Source of the DNA: Paraspadella gotoi
Taxonomy: Eukaryota; Animalia; Chaetognatha
Assembly: GCA_051294375.1 (NCBI GenBank)
Contig: CM119268.1
Span: forward strand, 1,695,486-1,759,485
Direction of reading: 5' to 3'
Length of the DNA: 64,000 nucleotides
Shown: piece after piece, positions 24,928-37,314 of the stretch
Position numbering within the stretch: position 1 is the first letter of the stretch
Layout: each line of letters begins with the position of its first letter
The notes under the pieces: generated by a model
The model's input: only the letters and a program-made list of their open reading frames with translations
What the model was told of the DNA's origin: nothing
Databases searched by the model: none
Program-made: the position numbers and the translations under genes

Positions 24928-26786
24928 TTGTTTCTTTCTTTCTTCTTTCTTTCTTTCTTTGTTTCTTTTTTCTTCTTTTTTCTTTCTTCTTTCTTTTTCT
25001 TTCTTTCTTTCTTTCTTTTTTCTTTTTTTCTTCTTTCTTTATTTCTTTTTTCTTTCTCTCTTCTCCTTCTCTCGCCTCTCGTCGGGCTCTCTCCGCTCTC
25101 TGGCACTAAACGAGGGCAGCGCGCGCGTCGCTGGGTGGGGCGTTCACGTCCATCGTTCGAGTGGGAGCTGCGCGATAAAAAGTTTCCCGCGCGTTCGTTG
25201 TTGTTGTCATGACGTCGAGCCAGCGCTGTGGTCATTTCATCATTTCCATCGCCCGCCGCTGCGGTCTAGGTCGATGAAACTATTTCTACACATTCTTTTC
25301 GCTTTTTTTAGTTTTGAGGCGGTTTCCGCCTGTTTCCAATGAGTTGTGCAATTTTTTATCTTTTTTTATATCATCTCTCCGTACTTAAGGTCGCGATACT
25401 TCGGCCGCCTCCCCCTGCAAATATTCGTCGCAAAGACTGCCGCCCGCTGACGTGTGCCGTGCTGCGCCTCATCTGTCCGCCGCGGCGCTACCGTGTTGCG
25501 GTTAGCTGTGTCGCTCGGTTAGCCGAGAAACAAAGATGTATTTTTCGTCCCAGTAACATGCGGGAATAGCTGCGCGGTGTGCTCTGTTTAGCCGCGCCGC
25601 CGTACGAGCTCGCCCCCGACCCGTGCGGTTGAAAAAATAAATGGCGCTCGGAGCGGAGGTTATTCTCAGCCGTGGGTAAATGTTCGTTTTTTTTCAAGCG
25701 ATGTTTTTTTTTACAGAAGTGAGGAAGTTAATTTATGTGTGGAAATGTTCGTATCAAAAATATGTCCATTACAGGCAATATGTGAGAATAAAGGTTTATT
25801 TATTCTTGTGTGGATTTTCTATTCGTCTCGTCTGTTCTCTTTTTCTCTCTTTCTGTCTTTCGTCTTCTCTTTTTCTTGCTCTCTTCTATTCGTACAGTCG
25901 GTTTGTACCGTTTTCTTTTTTTTTGCGGCGAAATATCGGAGCGCAAAGTTATCGTTCATTACTTATGCTTCACTTTGCTCAGTGACTTGTTTTTTGTGCT
26001 TGCTTGCGTTGCGTTTCACTGTTTTTTAGTTTAATTGCGATCCTGACTTTTCCTTAGACTGTATTTTATTTGCCCTTACAGGTCTATCCGAGAAACGGAA
26101 AGGATGAAGTCCGATTCGATTTTGTATTAATCGGTTGAGGAGAATTTTATATCTGGGTCTTCTCTATTCTTTTCGTCTCTGCTTTGTATTATTTTATCAT
26201 CTTCTTTCTTTAACATCGTTCTTTTCGTTTTGTTACTTCTCAAACTTTTTCTATTTTTTTTTGTTCATTTTTTTTCCATCTTTCTTTTTCTTTCTTTCTT
26301 CTCTTTCTTGTCCGATTCGAGTCACCAACATTTCTGAGGCGATTCCTATTTTCTCCTCTTTTCTCGACCCCCGTTCTTTTTTGTCATCTTTTATTTATTT
26401 TCGTGTCCGGTTGTTTATTTCATAGGATCGTCGGTTGGTTTTTGATGGCTTTTATGGAAAAGGTCCGCCCCCCTTACCCGAATTTTTTTTCCCCCCCCTC
26501 CCTTGCCAAAAAAAAAAAAAGGAAGAGTAAAAAACTTAGCCTACGTCGGGCGGCTTAATGAACTTTTCTCTCTTTCTCTCTTCTCTTCTGTCTTCTCACG
26601 ATCGAGAAGGACGCGAGATTCTAAGTCTGATTTTTTTAAAAACCAACAAAAAAAACTAATCTTCTGTGAAACTTAACCTACAAAAACTCTATACATGCTA
26701 TAAGTTATATCATAATTTATGTTGAACTTATACAAAANNNNNNNNNNATTAAAATATCGGCAAGCTGAACTCGGTTCCCACTGAAA

Positions 26787-28433
26787 ATGGTGGGTACGAG
26801 GTCAAAGGAAAAGAATGGGAACGACTGTGAAACAGCAAACCCTGACTCCGAAAATGAAATAGAAGAAAAGAATGAAAAAATCTTAAGTGAATTTCGATTA
26901 ATGAATAAATATCAAAAAGAAAAACTGTTAAATGAACTGCAAAAAGCGAACTCGCAGGATATACGGGATAATATAGAAATCGAAAAATCTCAAGATATAA
27001 ACGACTCGCCTGTATTTGGGACCAGGAAACGAAAAGGCAGTGAAATCTTTAATCCAATAAGAAGCAAATCTCCTCGGCCAAATCAGTTTCGACGAGGGTC
27101 ACAATCAACAACAACTCAAAACTCAGTATCAACGAAAACTTTGTCTGTAATTCTAAATAGCGATTGCCCGGAAGAGATAAAGAAGTCGAGACCAAAACTG
27201 GCGGAGTTCATAAAATCAAACTTCACAGGCAGTGGCGAAATCTCCGAAGTGAAACTTCTTAATCGAGGTGATATTCTAGTTATTGCTAAAAGTGATAAAG
27301 ATTTCAACTCCATCCTTAAAATTGAAAACTGGGCCCAAAACAAGTATAAAATTGTACCAAGGTTGNNNNNNNNNNATTCTATCACGAGACAAGTTGTGTT
27401 AAAAGGAGTAGACACTGAGATCACTGAAGAAGCCTTAAAAAAGGAATTTGACGAGCAGGGAATTCCAACTGTATTTGTTAAACGTATGAGCTCCTACGCA
27501 AATACTGGTAAACCCTCTTGGAATGTAAAAGTGGGACTGAACAAAAACGAGCACTTTGAAAAGCTGATAAAAGAAGGTTTCAAATTTCAAGCCCTTTACA
27601 AAAGATTTAGAGTTGACCAATACAAAGTAAATGACTTTCTTCAGTGCTTTAAATGCCAAGGACTAGGACATGGCAGTCGCTCTTGCCTGGCTGAAAATGA
27701 AGTTTGTCTTCGTTGTTCCGGCAACCATAATCACAGAGACTGTAAAGAGAATGTCATTCAATGTGCAAACTGTGGTGGTCCTCATACATCTAACTCGAAG
27801 GTCTGTCAAGTACTCCAAAATGCAACTAGAGATTTTCAAAACAAAGTACATCTGAAAATAGAGCTACAGTCTTACGCAGCGATAACAAAAGAAAAGGAAA
27901 ATGAGAGATTTATGTTAACAAAGCAAGATTTAATGAATTTATTGTTTGGGGTTGGCCACATGTTTCGCGAAATGAAAGAACTTACAACTGATTCAATCAC
28001 GGATACCAAAATATGGGATCTTGCTGACAATCTGGTCACGAACTTTATAACTCAGAAGGGTGCCATGAGAAAAAACTTTAATGCCACCAAGACAGCGAGA
28101 ACAGAAACTGCAAAACAGTTCAGTTCCACAGAAAAGTTGACTACTGAATGTGTCAGTAAAGATCTGACTGAAAACACTTGTCAAACAAATGAATCAAACT
28201 ACGAGTGGGGGGACACCATCTGCCCGGCCATAGAAAGTTATGAAACTTTGAATTTAACACAAAGTACAAGTTCAACCATACCAAATAAAGAACGTCGGAA
28301 AAGTATAGGTAGAGTTCTTCCCAAAAGCCCNNNNNNNNNNNNNNNNNNAGAAACAAAAACAAAAGGCAAGCAGACAAAGAAAAACATAAATCTTGACAAA
28401 GCACGAATTCCCAGTAATGATTATGGAAAGTGA
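26787..28433 (+). CDS. LINE ORF1 (gag-like nucleic-acid-binding protein)
   Basis: CFKCQGLGHGSRSC, CLRCSGNHNHRDC, CANCGGPHTSNSKVC: CX2CX4HX4C / CX2CX3HX4C / CX2CX3HX6C, typical of Jockey/I-group ORF1. Contains two short N patches. Confidence 0.9.
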   Translation: MVGTRSKEKNGNDCETANPDSENEIEEKNEKILSEFRLMNKYQKEKLLNELQKANSQDIRDNIEIEKSQDINDSPVFGTRKRKGSEIFNPIRSKSPRPNQFRRGSQSTTTQNSVSTKTLSVILNSDCPEEIKKSRPKLAEFIKSNFTGSGEISEVKLLNRGDILVIAKSDKDFNSILKIENWAQNKYKIVPRLXXXXSITRQVVLKGVDTEITEEALKKEFDEQGIPTVFVKRMSSYANTGKPSWNVKVGLNKNEHFEKLIKEGFKFQALYKRFRVDQYKVNDFLQCFKCQGLGHGSRSCLAENEVCLRCSGNHNHRDCKENVIQCANCGGPHTSNSKVCQVLQNATRDFQNKVHLKIELQSYAAITKEKENERFMLTKQDLMNLLFGVGHMFREMKELTTDSITDTKIWDLADNLVTNFITQKGAMRKNFNATKTARTETAKQFSSTEKLTTECVSKDLTENTCQTNESNYEWGDTICPAIESYETLNLTQSTSSTIPNKERRKSIGRVLPKSXXXXXXXETKTKGKQTKKNINLDKARIPSNDYGK

Positions 28434-29817
28434 AATTAATTATCTTTACTGTCTTAGCCTAAACACGAATGGTAAACCAACAAGATTACACGAGTTAAAA
28501 AAATTAATTGATGACATATCAGAAAACAAAAACATAATTTTAATCTTTAACGATATACGAGTCACCAAAGAAGAATGTCTCAATTTTAAAAACTTTAAAT
28601 TTATTGTCAAAAACAATGCTTCTAATCCAACAGTAGCAAGTGGAGTCGGAATAGGTGTTCCCAAAAACTATCTTATGAGAGAAACTTCGCAAAGTGAAAA
28701 ATACAATGAAGGTTTAATTGTAGAAATTGTGAATGATAAAGGATTGAATTTAGAGATTGCAACAATCTATAATCATCCAGGAAAAGATTTTCCCGATTCC
28801 TTTGTAAAAGACTTTTTAAATCACAAACCAGATAAAAGATTAATTCGACTTCTAATGGGAGATTTCAACTCGCCAAACAAATATTTTGGAAGTCGGACGA
28901 CAAGTAGATCTGGTGAAGAATTACTGAACATATTTAGTAAATACGGCCTAGTTCGTGTGCATGATGACAATATGACTTACATAAGTAAAATTACAGGGGA
29001 AGCAAATATCCTTGATTTTGTTTTCTGTGACGATAAAAGCATAGATCATGTTAAAGACTACAAAGTGTTGGATGACGTGGGAAGCGATCATTTGCCTTGT
29101 CTAACTAAAATCGCAGTAAAAGGTGTAATCCATGAAGATAAATTAACAAAAATAATCAACTATGAAAAATTTAAACACATTGTAGATGAAGAATTCAGAA
29201 AAATCCTAAAAAATAAAGAAAACTGGGAAAAACTAAATCTTGAGGAAAAAGTAGAAATTTGGACCAAAAAAATACATTTTGCAAAGGAACAGTGTTCTCA
29301 AGAAATAAAATTTAAACAAAAGGGAAACTGCATCCTATCGCCAACAACTTGGAAGTTAATTAAAGAACGACGGAAACTGGTCAAAGAGAAAAAATTAAGA
29401 GGTCTAAATTTTAAAGAAAGTATCAATGATAAAGAGGCTTGGAGAAAATATTTTAACCACGTCAGTCGAGAAGTGAAAAAATCTATCCGTGAAGATGAGG
29501 AGATGCATGGAAAACTAAAAATGAACAAAATCATTGGAGAAAGAGACAGCGGAAAAAAGTGGTCAATGATAAAAGAATTAATTAATTGTGGAAAGGAAAA
29601 TGGCAAATCTGATTGCATGCTAAAAAAACCAGATGGCACTTCTTCAGAATCAAAATTAGAAAATATGGAAATATTAGCAACAAGGATGGAATCGGTGCAT
29701 TCTGAACCAGAACCTAATAATGAAAACAAATGGATATTTGATCAGGTACAAAATTTTAAGTTAGAAAACAGCAAAATTTTTAATGAAAAAGAAGAAACTC
29801 AAACGGAATTAAATTAA
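28417..29817 (+). CDS. LINE ORF2 N-terminal part: apurinic-like endonuclease and linker
   Basis: APE motifs SLNTNG, GVGI, IYNHP, MGDFN, ILDF, GSDHLP. ATG at 28417 overlaps the ORF1 stop at 28433. The frame breaks at 29817. Confidence 0.9.
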   Translation: MIMESEINYLYCLSLNTNGKPTRLHELKKLIDDISENKNIILIFNDIRVTKEECLNFKNFKFIVKNNASNPTVASGVGIGVPKNYLMRETSQSEKYNEGLIVEIVNDKGLNLEIATIYNHPGKDFPDSFVKDFLNHKPDKRLIRLLMGDFNSPNKYFGSRTTSRSGEELLNIFSKYGLVRVHDDNMTYISKITGEANILDFVFCDDKSIDHVKDYKVLDDVGSDHLPCLTKIAVKGVIHEDKLTKIINYEKFKHIVDEEFRKILKNKENWEKLNLEEKVEIWTKKIHFAKEQCSQEIKFKQKGNCILSPTTWKLIKERRKLVKEKKLRGLNFKESINDKEAWRKYFNHVSREVKKSIREDEEMHGKLKMNKIIGERDSGKKWSMIKELINCGKENGKSDCMLKKPDGTSSESKLENMEILATRMESVHSEPEPNNENKWIFDQVQNFKLENSKIFNEKEETQTELN

Positions 29818-31230
29818 AACTAAGTGACAAATCAATGTAATTAAGTTAAGTCAAATAATTAGGAATCTTAAAACTAAATCAGCCCCCAGAAAAGATGGAA
29901 TCACCCCACAAATCATGAAAAACTTACCTCTCTCAGCAAAGGTGATTCTCAGTGATATCATGCGAGAATGTCTAGACAAAAGTATATTTCCTAAACTCTG
30001 GAAACATTCAAATCTTCGAATGCTCCCAAAACCCGGAAAAGATCTGACAGATCAAAAAGCTACCGACCAATAAGTCTGATTCAGTAGTTGGAAAAATATT
30101 AGAAAGATTAGTAAAAGAAAAACTGACCGAGTGTACAAAAAGATTAAATGCTATGGGCCCGATGCAATCTGCATACAAGAAAGGTAGATCTGCCACAAGA
30201 AAATGTCCTCAGGCTAGTGGAAGACATTAAACTGCAGCTTCAGAAAAAGATACGTCACCATTGGTGTTGCATTGGACTTCTCTGTTGCCTTTAATTCGAT
30301 GTGGAGCAATGGATTAATCTACAAAATGCATGGAAAAGGATATCCACTAAATTCACTCAAAATGATCAGTTCATACCTCCAGGACAGATCCATGAATATT
30401 GTTGATGGAGATCTTTGTTCTAGAACCGTCATGCTAAAAAAGGGGCTCCACAAGGAGTAATATTGAGTCCTGATTTATTTACGCTTTATGTAGACGAATT
30501 GCCAGTCCCTCATGATGTAAAAGGAAGCGAACGAAATACGCTGACGATACGTCACTCTGGCTGAAGGAAAAACCCCAAAAGAAGCAGTGGAAATCCTGCA
30601 ACCAAGATAGATGAAGTAGTGAAATGTGTTCAACTTGGCAACTCAGTTTTGCTCCGGGAAAATCACTAATGACACTCTTCACTCGATGCCCCAGTCACAA
30701 AGACTATGATTTTCATTTAAATTTGGGCAATGAAGAAGTAGTTCGAAAAGAAAAACTCAGGCTCTTAGGCATTGACATAGATGAAAAGTTAATGTGGACT
30801 GGATTCAATTGATGATCTGCTAAATAAATTCAAAAGCAAAATTTTAATGATAAATCGACTGTCTAAATAAAAAGGATCATGATAGTGGAATGAAAACTGA
30901 TTAACACTGTTTATCAAAGCCTGGTCGTGTCTGTCTTAAACTATTCCAGTCTGGTATGGATTACAACAAAAACAAGTATCAATGGGAAAAATTGGAAAAA
31001 CTAATTTAAGAGCCCTAAAAACCTTTTTAAAACTGCCTATGCATACCTCTTCAAAAATGTGTATGATGCAGTCAGGTACAACAGAAATGAAAGGACAGAT
31101 TGAGAAAGAGCAATGAAGAGAATAATTTGAAGTGACCAAAGGAAATGAAATGTTTGAAAGGACAGTACACAACATAGAGAACGACAACGGAACACACACA
31201 TATCACCAATGAAACTGTGCTATGAAAACT
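29818..31230 (+). pseudogene. LINE ORF2 reverse transcriptase region with frameshifts and stops
   Basis: Motifs across frames: KSAPRKDGIT, PKPGKD, SYRPISL, VALDFSVAFNSMW, G.PQG.ILSP, YADD (tacgctgacgat at 30537-30548), LRLLGIDIDEKL.W. Confidence 0.88.
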
Positions 31231-34200
31231 AGAGTCGGACAACATCCTGCCTTAGCACATTCTTTGGATTGAACGTCAGTTCTTTTTTTTTGTTTGTTTG
31301 TTTTTTTTTCCGTCCAATATTACTTGTTGATTGAATTGATCAATTTCTATTTTTAAACTGTTTCATAATACACGTCATAACGTTTTTAACAGTTTGTAAC
31401 TTCTTTAAATCTTTTAGTAATTTTTATTAATTTCCTTTTTTTAGTATCACGTACTAACATTGAAAGTCTGTAACAATAGTTCTTAAAATATTTGGATTTT
31501 CAACGTTAAAAATTAATTTTAAATGAGTTTAAAAAAATGAATTTTTTACCATTAACTTTATTCGTAAACGAAATGACCTCAATGCGCACAGTAAATTGCG
31601 CCCCGTTTAGTCCTAATTCATATTCAATATTCATATTCTCTATCTCCTCTCTCCTCCTCTCTCTCTCTCATCCCTCTCTCCTCTCTCTCCTCTCTCTCTC
31701 TCTCTCTCTCCCTCTCCTCTCTCTCTCTCTCTACTCTCTCTCCTCTCCCTCTCTCTCCATCTCCTCTCGCCTCTCTCTCTCTCTCCGCGCAAGGATAAGA
31801 AAAACTAAAATGGCGGAGCAAAATTACTTGCTATTTTGACCAATCATCCCGAGCGCAATCTTCGCTCAAGCGCTCTCCTCTCATCGCCCTCTCTTCTTGA
31901 ACGATAAAAAAAAGAAAAAGCATTAAATCCGATGTTATAGCGAGGAGACGAGTTCGGCTCGAGGGAATAATCAGATTTTTCGTTGATTCCGTTAAAAAAT
32001 AGTTTCATCAAAAGTAATATGTCAAGACCAATACAAAGTGTGGCAATATGGGCATATTTCGAAAGCGTGGGTCTTGTGGAGACAACTGGGGGGAGCGCGA
32101 GCAATCTTTTGACATTTTAATATTTAAAAGTGCAATAAAAGAGACTGGTGTGGCCTTTTTTAAAATGTCTTTCTTTTCCCTACTGTCGTATCTCTTAATA
32201 AAAACAAAAGGTAATTATGGCTACAGATAATGATAGACCACTGTCTGTGCTTCAATTCGATATCATGACACCATAAATTCTTGCAAAGCTTGCTTGTTTA
32301 TTTAAGAAATCAAATAAACTAGTTTTTCAGTGTATTTTATACCCTCGTGCCCTAGGAGATAGAGGATTTTGAGTTTATCAGCAGTTAGATAGGTGTTTGA
32401 ACTTTTCTTTTTAGGGGGAGCGCGGAAATAAATTTGAATAATTAATATTAATCAAAGAGTAAATCCAAATCATGATTTTTTCCAGGATAAATCCGCTTAA
32501 CATTCTTTGTTTATGCTCGCTGGCGCCGTATTGAATTTGCCGGGAATCTTAGTTTCTTTGTTACGCGTGCACGGCTCGGGAGCCTCATGTCATGGCTGTG
32601 GCTCGCGATCTTTTGTTGAGCGAATCGCTTCGGATGATCACTGGCGACAATGAACGGGCCATTTCTCTCTGGGTTTTCTTCGTAATGGCTTCTGGATGCC
32701 TTTACACGAGAATTTAACCAAATAGTTAAAATTAATATCATTTTTAATAATACAATATACTTTCTATCGATTCGTGTTTTTTTTTACCTAATGGTATTCT
32801 GGCGACTCAAGTTTACCTCAGTCAATATGGTGTAAAGTCCAGAGGACTATCAATAACTTAGATGATCCTTTTTCTCCCATTTCGGCTCATCATGTCTATC
32901 GCGATCATACAGGATTGTAATTGTTCGTGTTTCGTAGTGATTAATACTTATTATTTGTTTATTATATAGATATTGCGGTTGCTCGCCAGCGAGAGCAACT
33001 GGAATATCTATATGCTTTATTTTATTTAGAGACTAAATATCAACAAGACACCAAGTGGATAAGAGTCGATTTATAAACATTACGGCGCCCGCGATCCCGT
33101 TCTTCAGTATGGTTTCTCTCCCGACGTTTTCTCCCTCTCCGCTCGGTCGAGGAGGGGGTTCTTTACTTGATGAAACGTAGAACACTTTTGCCTTTGTTAT
33201 TGACTTTTTAAGTAGTTATTATAAAAATTAATTAAATCAAATTAACGACTCAATACTTTGTGACGAGAGTTTACAAAGTATGACCTGCATCAGCAGTCGT
33301 TTTTCCGTGATTAATTTTAATAATTCTACGTACTTGATATAGTATTTACGTCAAGAGCTTTGGATCTGGCAGCAGGCCTCCAGCCAAAAGCAACGTCTCC
33401 GCAACGAGAGCTACGCACTTTCATCCCAAATACTCTCTGCCAGGACACCTTCATTTACGTTAGAGGCGGCGTTGTCAATGTCCCCTTATGGCACCGTATC
33501 TCGGCCTGTACTGAGTATTCTTACGCGACGACGTCTAAAATCAAAATTTCCAGACGCGGAACGGAAAACGTTCTCATTTCTCGCCTAAAATCCGCCTGGA
33601 AATCTCTAAACGGTGACGAGGGCGTCAACGATGGAGTAACGACGAAATCGATGTCCCCACCGCGCTCGCCTCCGCCTCCCGGCGCGAACCCGGTCTCAGA
33701 ACTCAAAATGTTTCACCCTCAACTAGAAACCTTTGACTGCGAAACGCAAAAAAATCATCCGCCCATGATGTCCGCCTCGCCGTCTCCTCTTCCCTACCTC
33801 CCGCTTCCCCTCACACTTTAGAACCGGAGTGAACTTTTACATTGCCGCAACGGCAGTTTAATTTAAATGGTAAGATTTTTATTTTCTCTTCTACAACCTA
33901 TTTTTTATGTTAAATATGTTTAGTTTTCGTATTACAATTGCAATATTAGTTTGTTAAATATAAACTATAATGTAACTAAATTGAATAACTAAAAAAAATA
34001 TTACTAGATCATTTTTTAATGATATTTCAAGACTGATGACATTTTAATTTTTGCTCATTCGCTGATTATTATGTCCCTAATATATATCATCTATTTTTGT
34101 TACTATTTTTATATGAAATGGTCGAATTGGTTTTTCAATCGATTTTACAATTAAATTAAAATTAAAAACGGCGTGCTTCGGGATAAGGAAAAGACGCCGA

Positions 34201-35100
34201 AACTTTGTTGGTAACAATTTTTTTTTTGGACAAATTATATTGCTCGTATAGCAATCATTATTTGATATTATTAGATTAAAATCTTGTGTGCATAAGGAAT
34301 TTATTAATTATTATTATTTATTATTTATTTATTATTAATTATTATTAAGACATGATTTTGTAGGATTTTATAGGAATATAGCTTTATTTTGTAAATATTG
34401 TGATTTACTTCATTTAGTTTTTACTTTTCATTACTTTCAGAATCAATCGGCAGTCCTGCTAGGTCAACAAAATCATTGTGGTTGCAGTCGTCATCAAGCA
34501 CAGATTGCCTTTTTTTACATATTATTTCCCCCTTTGTCAATTTATTATAAATATTTTTTTTCTTGATTTCAACAATAAAAACGGGTGAAGGGGAATAGAA
34601 GTATTAATCACTGATTTTTTTGCTGTCTCTCTTTCTCTCTGTTTAATCATGAAGATATTCTGTCAAATAGATCAAAATACATATTGTACCATGTGTTATC
34701 TTTTATTTGATATGTAACAATTGTTGCATTTTTCCACAATAATTATTAACTTAAATAAAAATTTAAAGTTTTGACGTCTGCGGAGTCACCGGCGGACGAC
34801 CTCGCAATCGAGGCCGGGCCAAATTATTAGGAAAAGTTTTACAACTGATTCAGTCGCGAAGAATGGGGGGAAAGGGGAAATTAGTATCTGTCTTAGTTTC
34901 AGTTTACCAATGTTTGAAATGTCGCTGGAGGGAAAAGTTGCCTCTGGAACGTTCATGCTTTTAACTCCGTTGGGGGTTATTAAACTGTTTTTACACACTT
35001 TCTCGAAAATTAATAGTTAATTTCACGCTTCTCCTTATAAATGTAAACATATATTTTTATCCGTCATCGTTGCCTATTGTTTGTTTTGAAAAAAATATGA

Positions 35101-35330
35101 TTATTGTTGTGTTAGTGACAGAACCGTTCAATATAAGCATTAAGCAGTCCCTGAGCTTCGGATCAGACTGACACTGTATCATCGAGTGACAGGCGGGTTA
35201 AGTGCCCCGTCGCTCTTAACTGCTAGGCGACCACCGGGCTAGAACCCCGGACCTTGGTTTGGGAGGCGAATGACTTGCCTCGGGCGCCAATGGCCGCTGA
35301 TGAACGGTTGATTGATTTTAGTCCACCATA
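35101..35330 (-). mobile_element. tRNA-Gly-derived SINE
   Basis: Minus strand gcggccattggcgcccgaggcaagtcattcgcctcccaaaccaaggtccggggttctagcccggtggtcgcc has a paired acceptor stem, A-box-like TGGCGCCCGAGG, T-arm CCGGG-GTTCTAG-CCCGG and loop CTCCCAA, followed by a body and (ACA)-rich tail. Second copy at 39180-39390. Confidence 0.8.
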
Positions 35331-36716
35331 GTTTGTTGAATTTTAAACTTACCAACTTGTTCCAAAATCATTTAAAGAAAAGACGTAAGTCAGCCAACGA
35401 GATCGAAACCAAAAATACAGAGGCACAAACAAGTGGATTAGTTCAATATCTAGTGTGTTACGCGAATAATTATTTTAAATGAATTTTTATCAAAAAAATA
35501 TGTATTTGTAGAAGAGATCTCATGTATATTGTTCATTAGTTTAAACGGCGGCATTACGGAGATCGCACTAACGGACTACGACATTGTCATCTTCGAACCA
35601 CTCGGATATGTTTGTGATTTGCTCATGCGGTTGACTCATTGGCATTAGGTTTACTGTAATCAATAATTTTTTTAAAAAAATTAATATCCGTCTTGTTATG
35701 GTTATCTTGGAACCTCATATTCTGTACGTTAAATCGCTCACGTAAATGGCTAGTTCTTAAAATAAAACCGTTTTGGAAAAATCGTAACAAGAAAGCCTTG
35801 GCTCAATTTGATTTATTTTATATTAATTACTTGGAAAGTAAATCACAGAAGAATATAGTATTTTGTTATTATTTACAACAAGATTTGACCTTTACCTAAA
35901 GAATATAATAAAAATATATATTAAGCTATAAAACTGATAAATGATCAATAATAAAGACGTAGAAATATTTATTTTTACAAATATTCATGAGCTTTTTTCC
36001 CCGATTCATCGAGCGTCGATATTCTTTGCTTGATTTCTTTATTGAATCTTGGGCCCGGAATCGAGCATACGACTCGTACCGTGTTCGTAGTACAAATCCT
36101 TATGGAACCAAAATTGAAATCCTTAACATAGGGCGACTTGATTACGCGAGGAAGCGATTTTTGGGTGACGTTTTGGCCCATAACTTTTGAATGCCGGGAC
36201 CGATTTTGCTGATTTTTTGCATGAAGCGCTCGAAAAGAATTCCCTATCGTTCGGTACCAAATTTGTACGAAAAAAATTTTAAATAAAAATCTTGTGTTCT
36301 CGCTAGATGTTATCTCTCTCGACTTATCTCTCCTTCGAGCTTCTCCGTTTGCTCCACCAGAGCCTTTATAACTTTTTGAGCCTCTGCCAAACCTGTTCTT
36401 ACTTCTTTACTTATATTTTCCATCTTTTCTCTAAATCTTTCGATAGTCCTCTTGGTCCCTCTCGCTCTTCTTATTTTTCGGCTTTCAAACCTTTCCCGTC
36501 CCCAAAGGGTTAGTGAACCTTTTACCTCGTTTTTTTTTCCATTAACATCTGTTTCGACCCAATTCGCACCCAGTCCTACATCATCTGTTTATCATCTGTT
36601 TCTTTTCCGGAGAAGTTTCAATTCATCTGTCTCCAACTTTATCCTTTCTTTTTTTTTACAATTATAAATTTCCAGTGTCTCTCCTTCGTTCATTTCTCAT
36701 CTCTTTCTAATCTTTT

Positions 36717-37225
36717 CCCCAAGCTCTGACCTCTTCCATTTCCCAAGCTCTGACCCCTTCCATTTCCCAAGCTCTGACTCCTTCCATTTCCCAAGCTCTG
36801 ACCTCTTACATTTTGTATTTTGATGCTAGTGCGGAGTACAATAAGTATTCCCCGATCTAATACTTAAGGGAGTGGTCTTTTCATACAATTGAAACATTCT
36901 TTGAAATATTTTCCACTTCATTGATAGGGAAGCCAGGTACTCTGGGAGTGAATAAACGAGACTGTGAGAGAGTCTTGATTGAAAGCTTGCAGGGACCTGC
37001 TATGTCATTATCTTGTAAGAGTGATGGAGGCCTTAAACCACCAAAGCCTGTCCAAAGTCAGGGGCAAGATAGCTTATTTATTAAATGAATGGATAATTTT
37101 TATATTGGTTGTACCAATTTCATTTCTCAAGCTTTGACCCATTCCATTTCTCATGCTCTGACCTCTTCCATTTCTCAAGCTCTGAGCCCTTCCAATTCCC
37201 AAGCTCTGACCCCTTCCATTCCCCA
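36717..37225. repeat. 24-bp tandem repeat (ccatttcccaagctctgacccctt) interrupted by a family-C element
   Basis: aagctctg at 36721, 36745, 36769, 36793; the array resumes at ~37125. Confidence 0.9.
36812..37125 (+). mobile_element. Unclassified ~310-bp dispersed repeat (family C), longest copy
   Basis: tttgatgctagtgc...ccccgatctaatacttaaggg...gccaggtactctgggagtgaataaac...attggttgtaccaatttcattt; copies or fragments at 3744-3797, 11826-12092(-), 18266-18526(-), 49527-49782, 50133-50652(-). Confidence 0.8.
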
Positions 37226-37264
37226 CCTCAATCCTAATCCCCTTCCACATCCTATCTCTCTCCA

Positions 37265-37314
<50 letters not shown>

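Larger units (their letters stand above)
26540..31290 (+). mobile_element. Near-full-length non-LTR retrotransposon (LINE), Jockey/I-group type, with degenerate RT
   Basis: ORF1 with three CCHC knuckles followed by an overlapping APE-RT ORF2. Element boundaries are approximate and no TSD was identified. Confidence 0.9.

Noticed and set aside
33360-33821. 153-aa ORF
   Set aside because: No recognisable domain, TTG start and no splice partners; could be UTR or promoter sequence.
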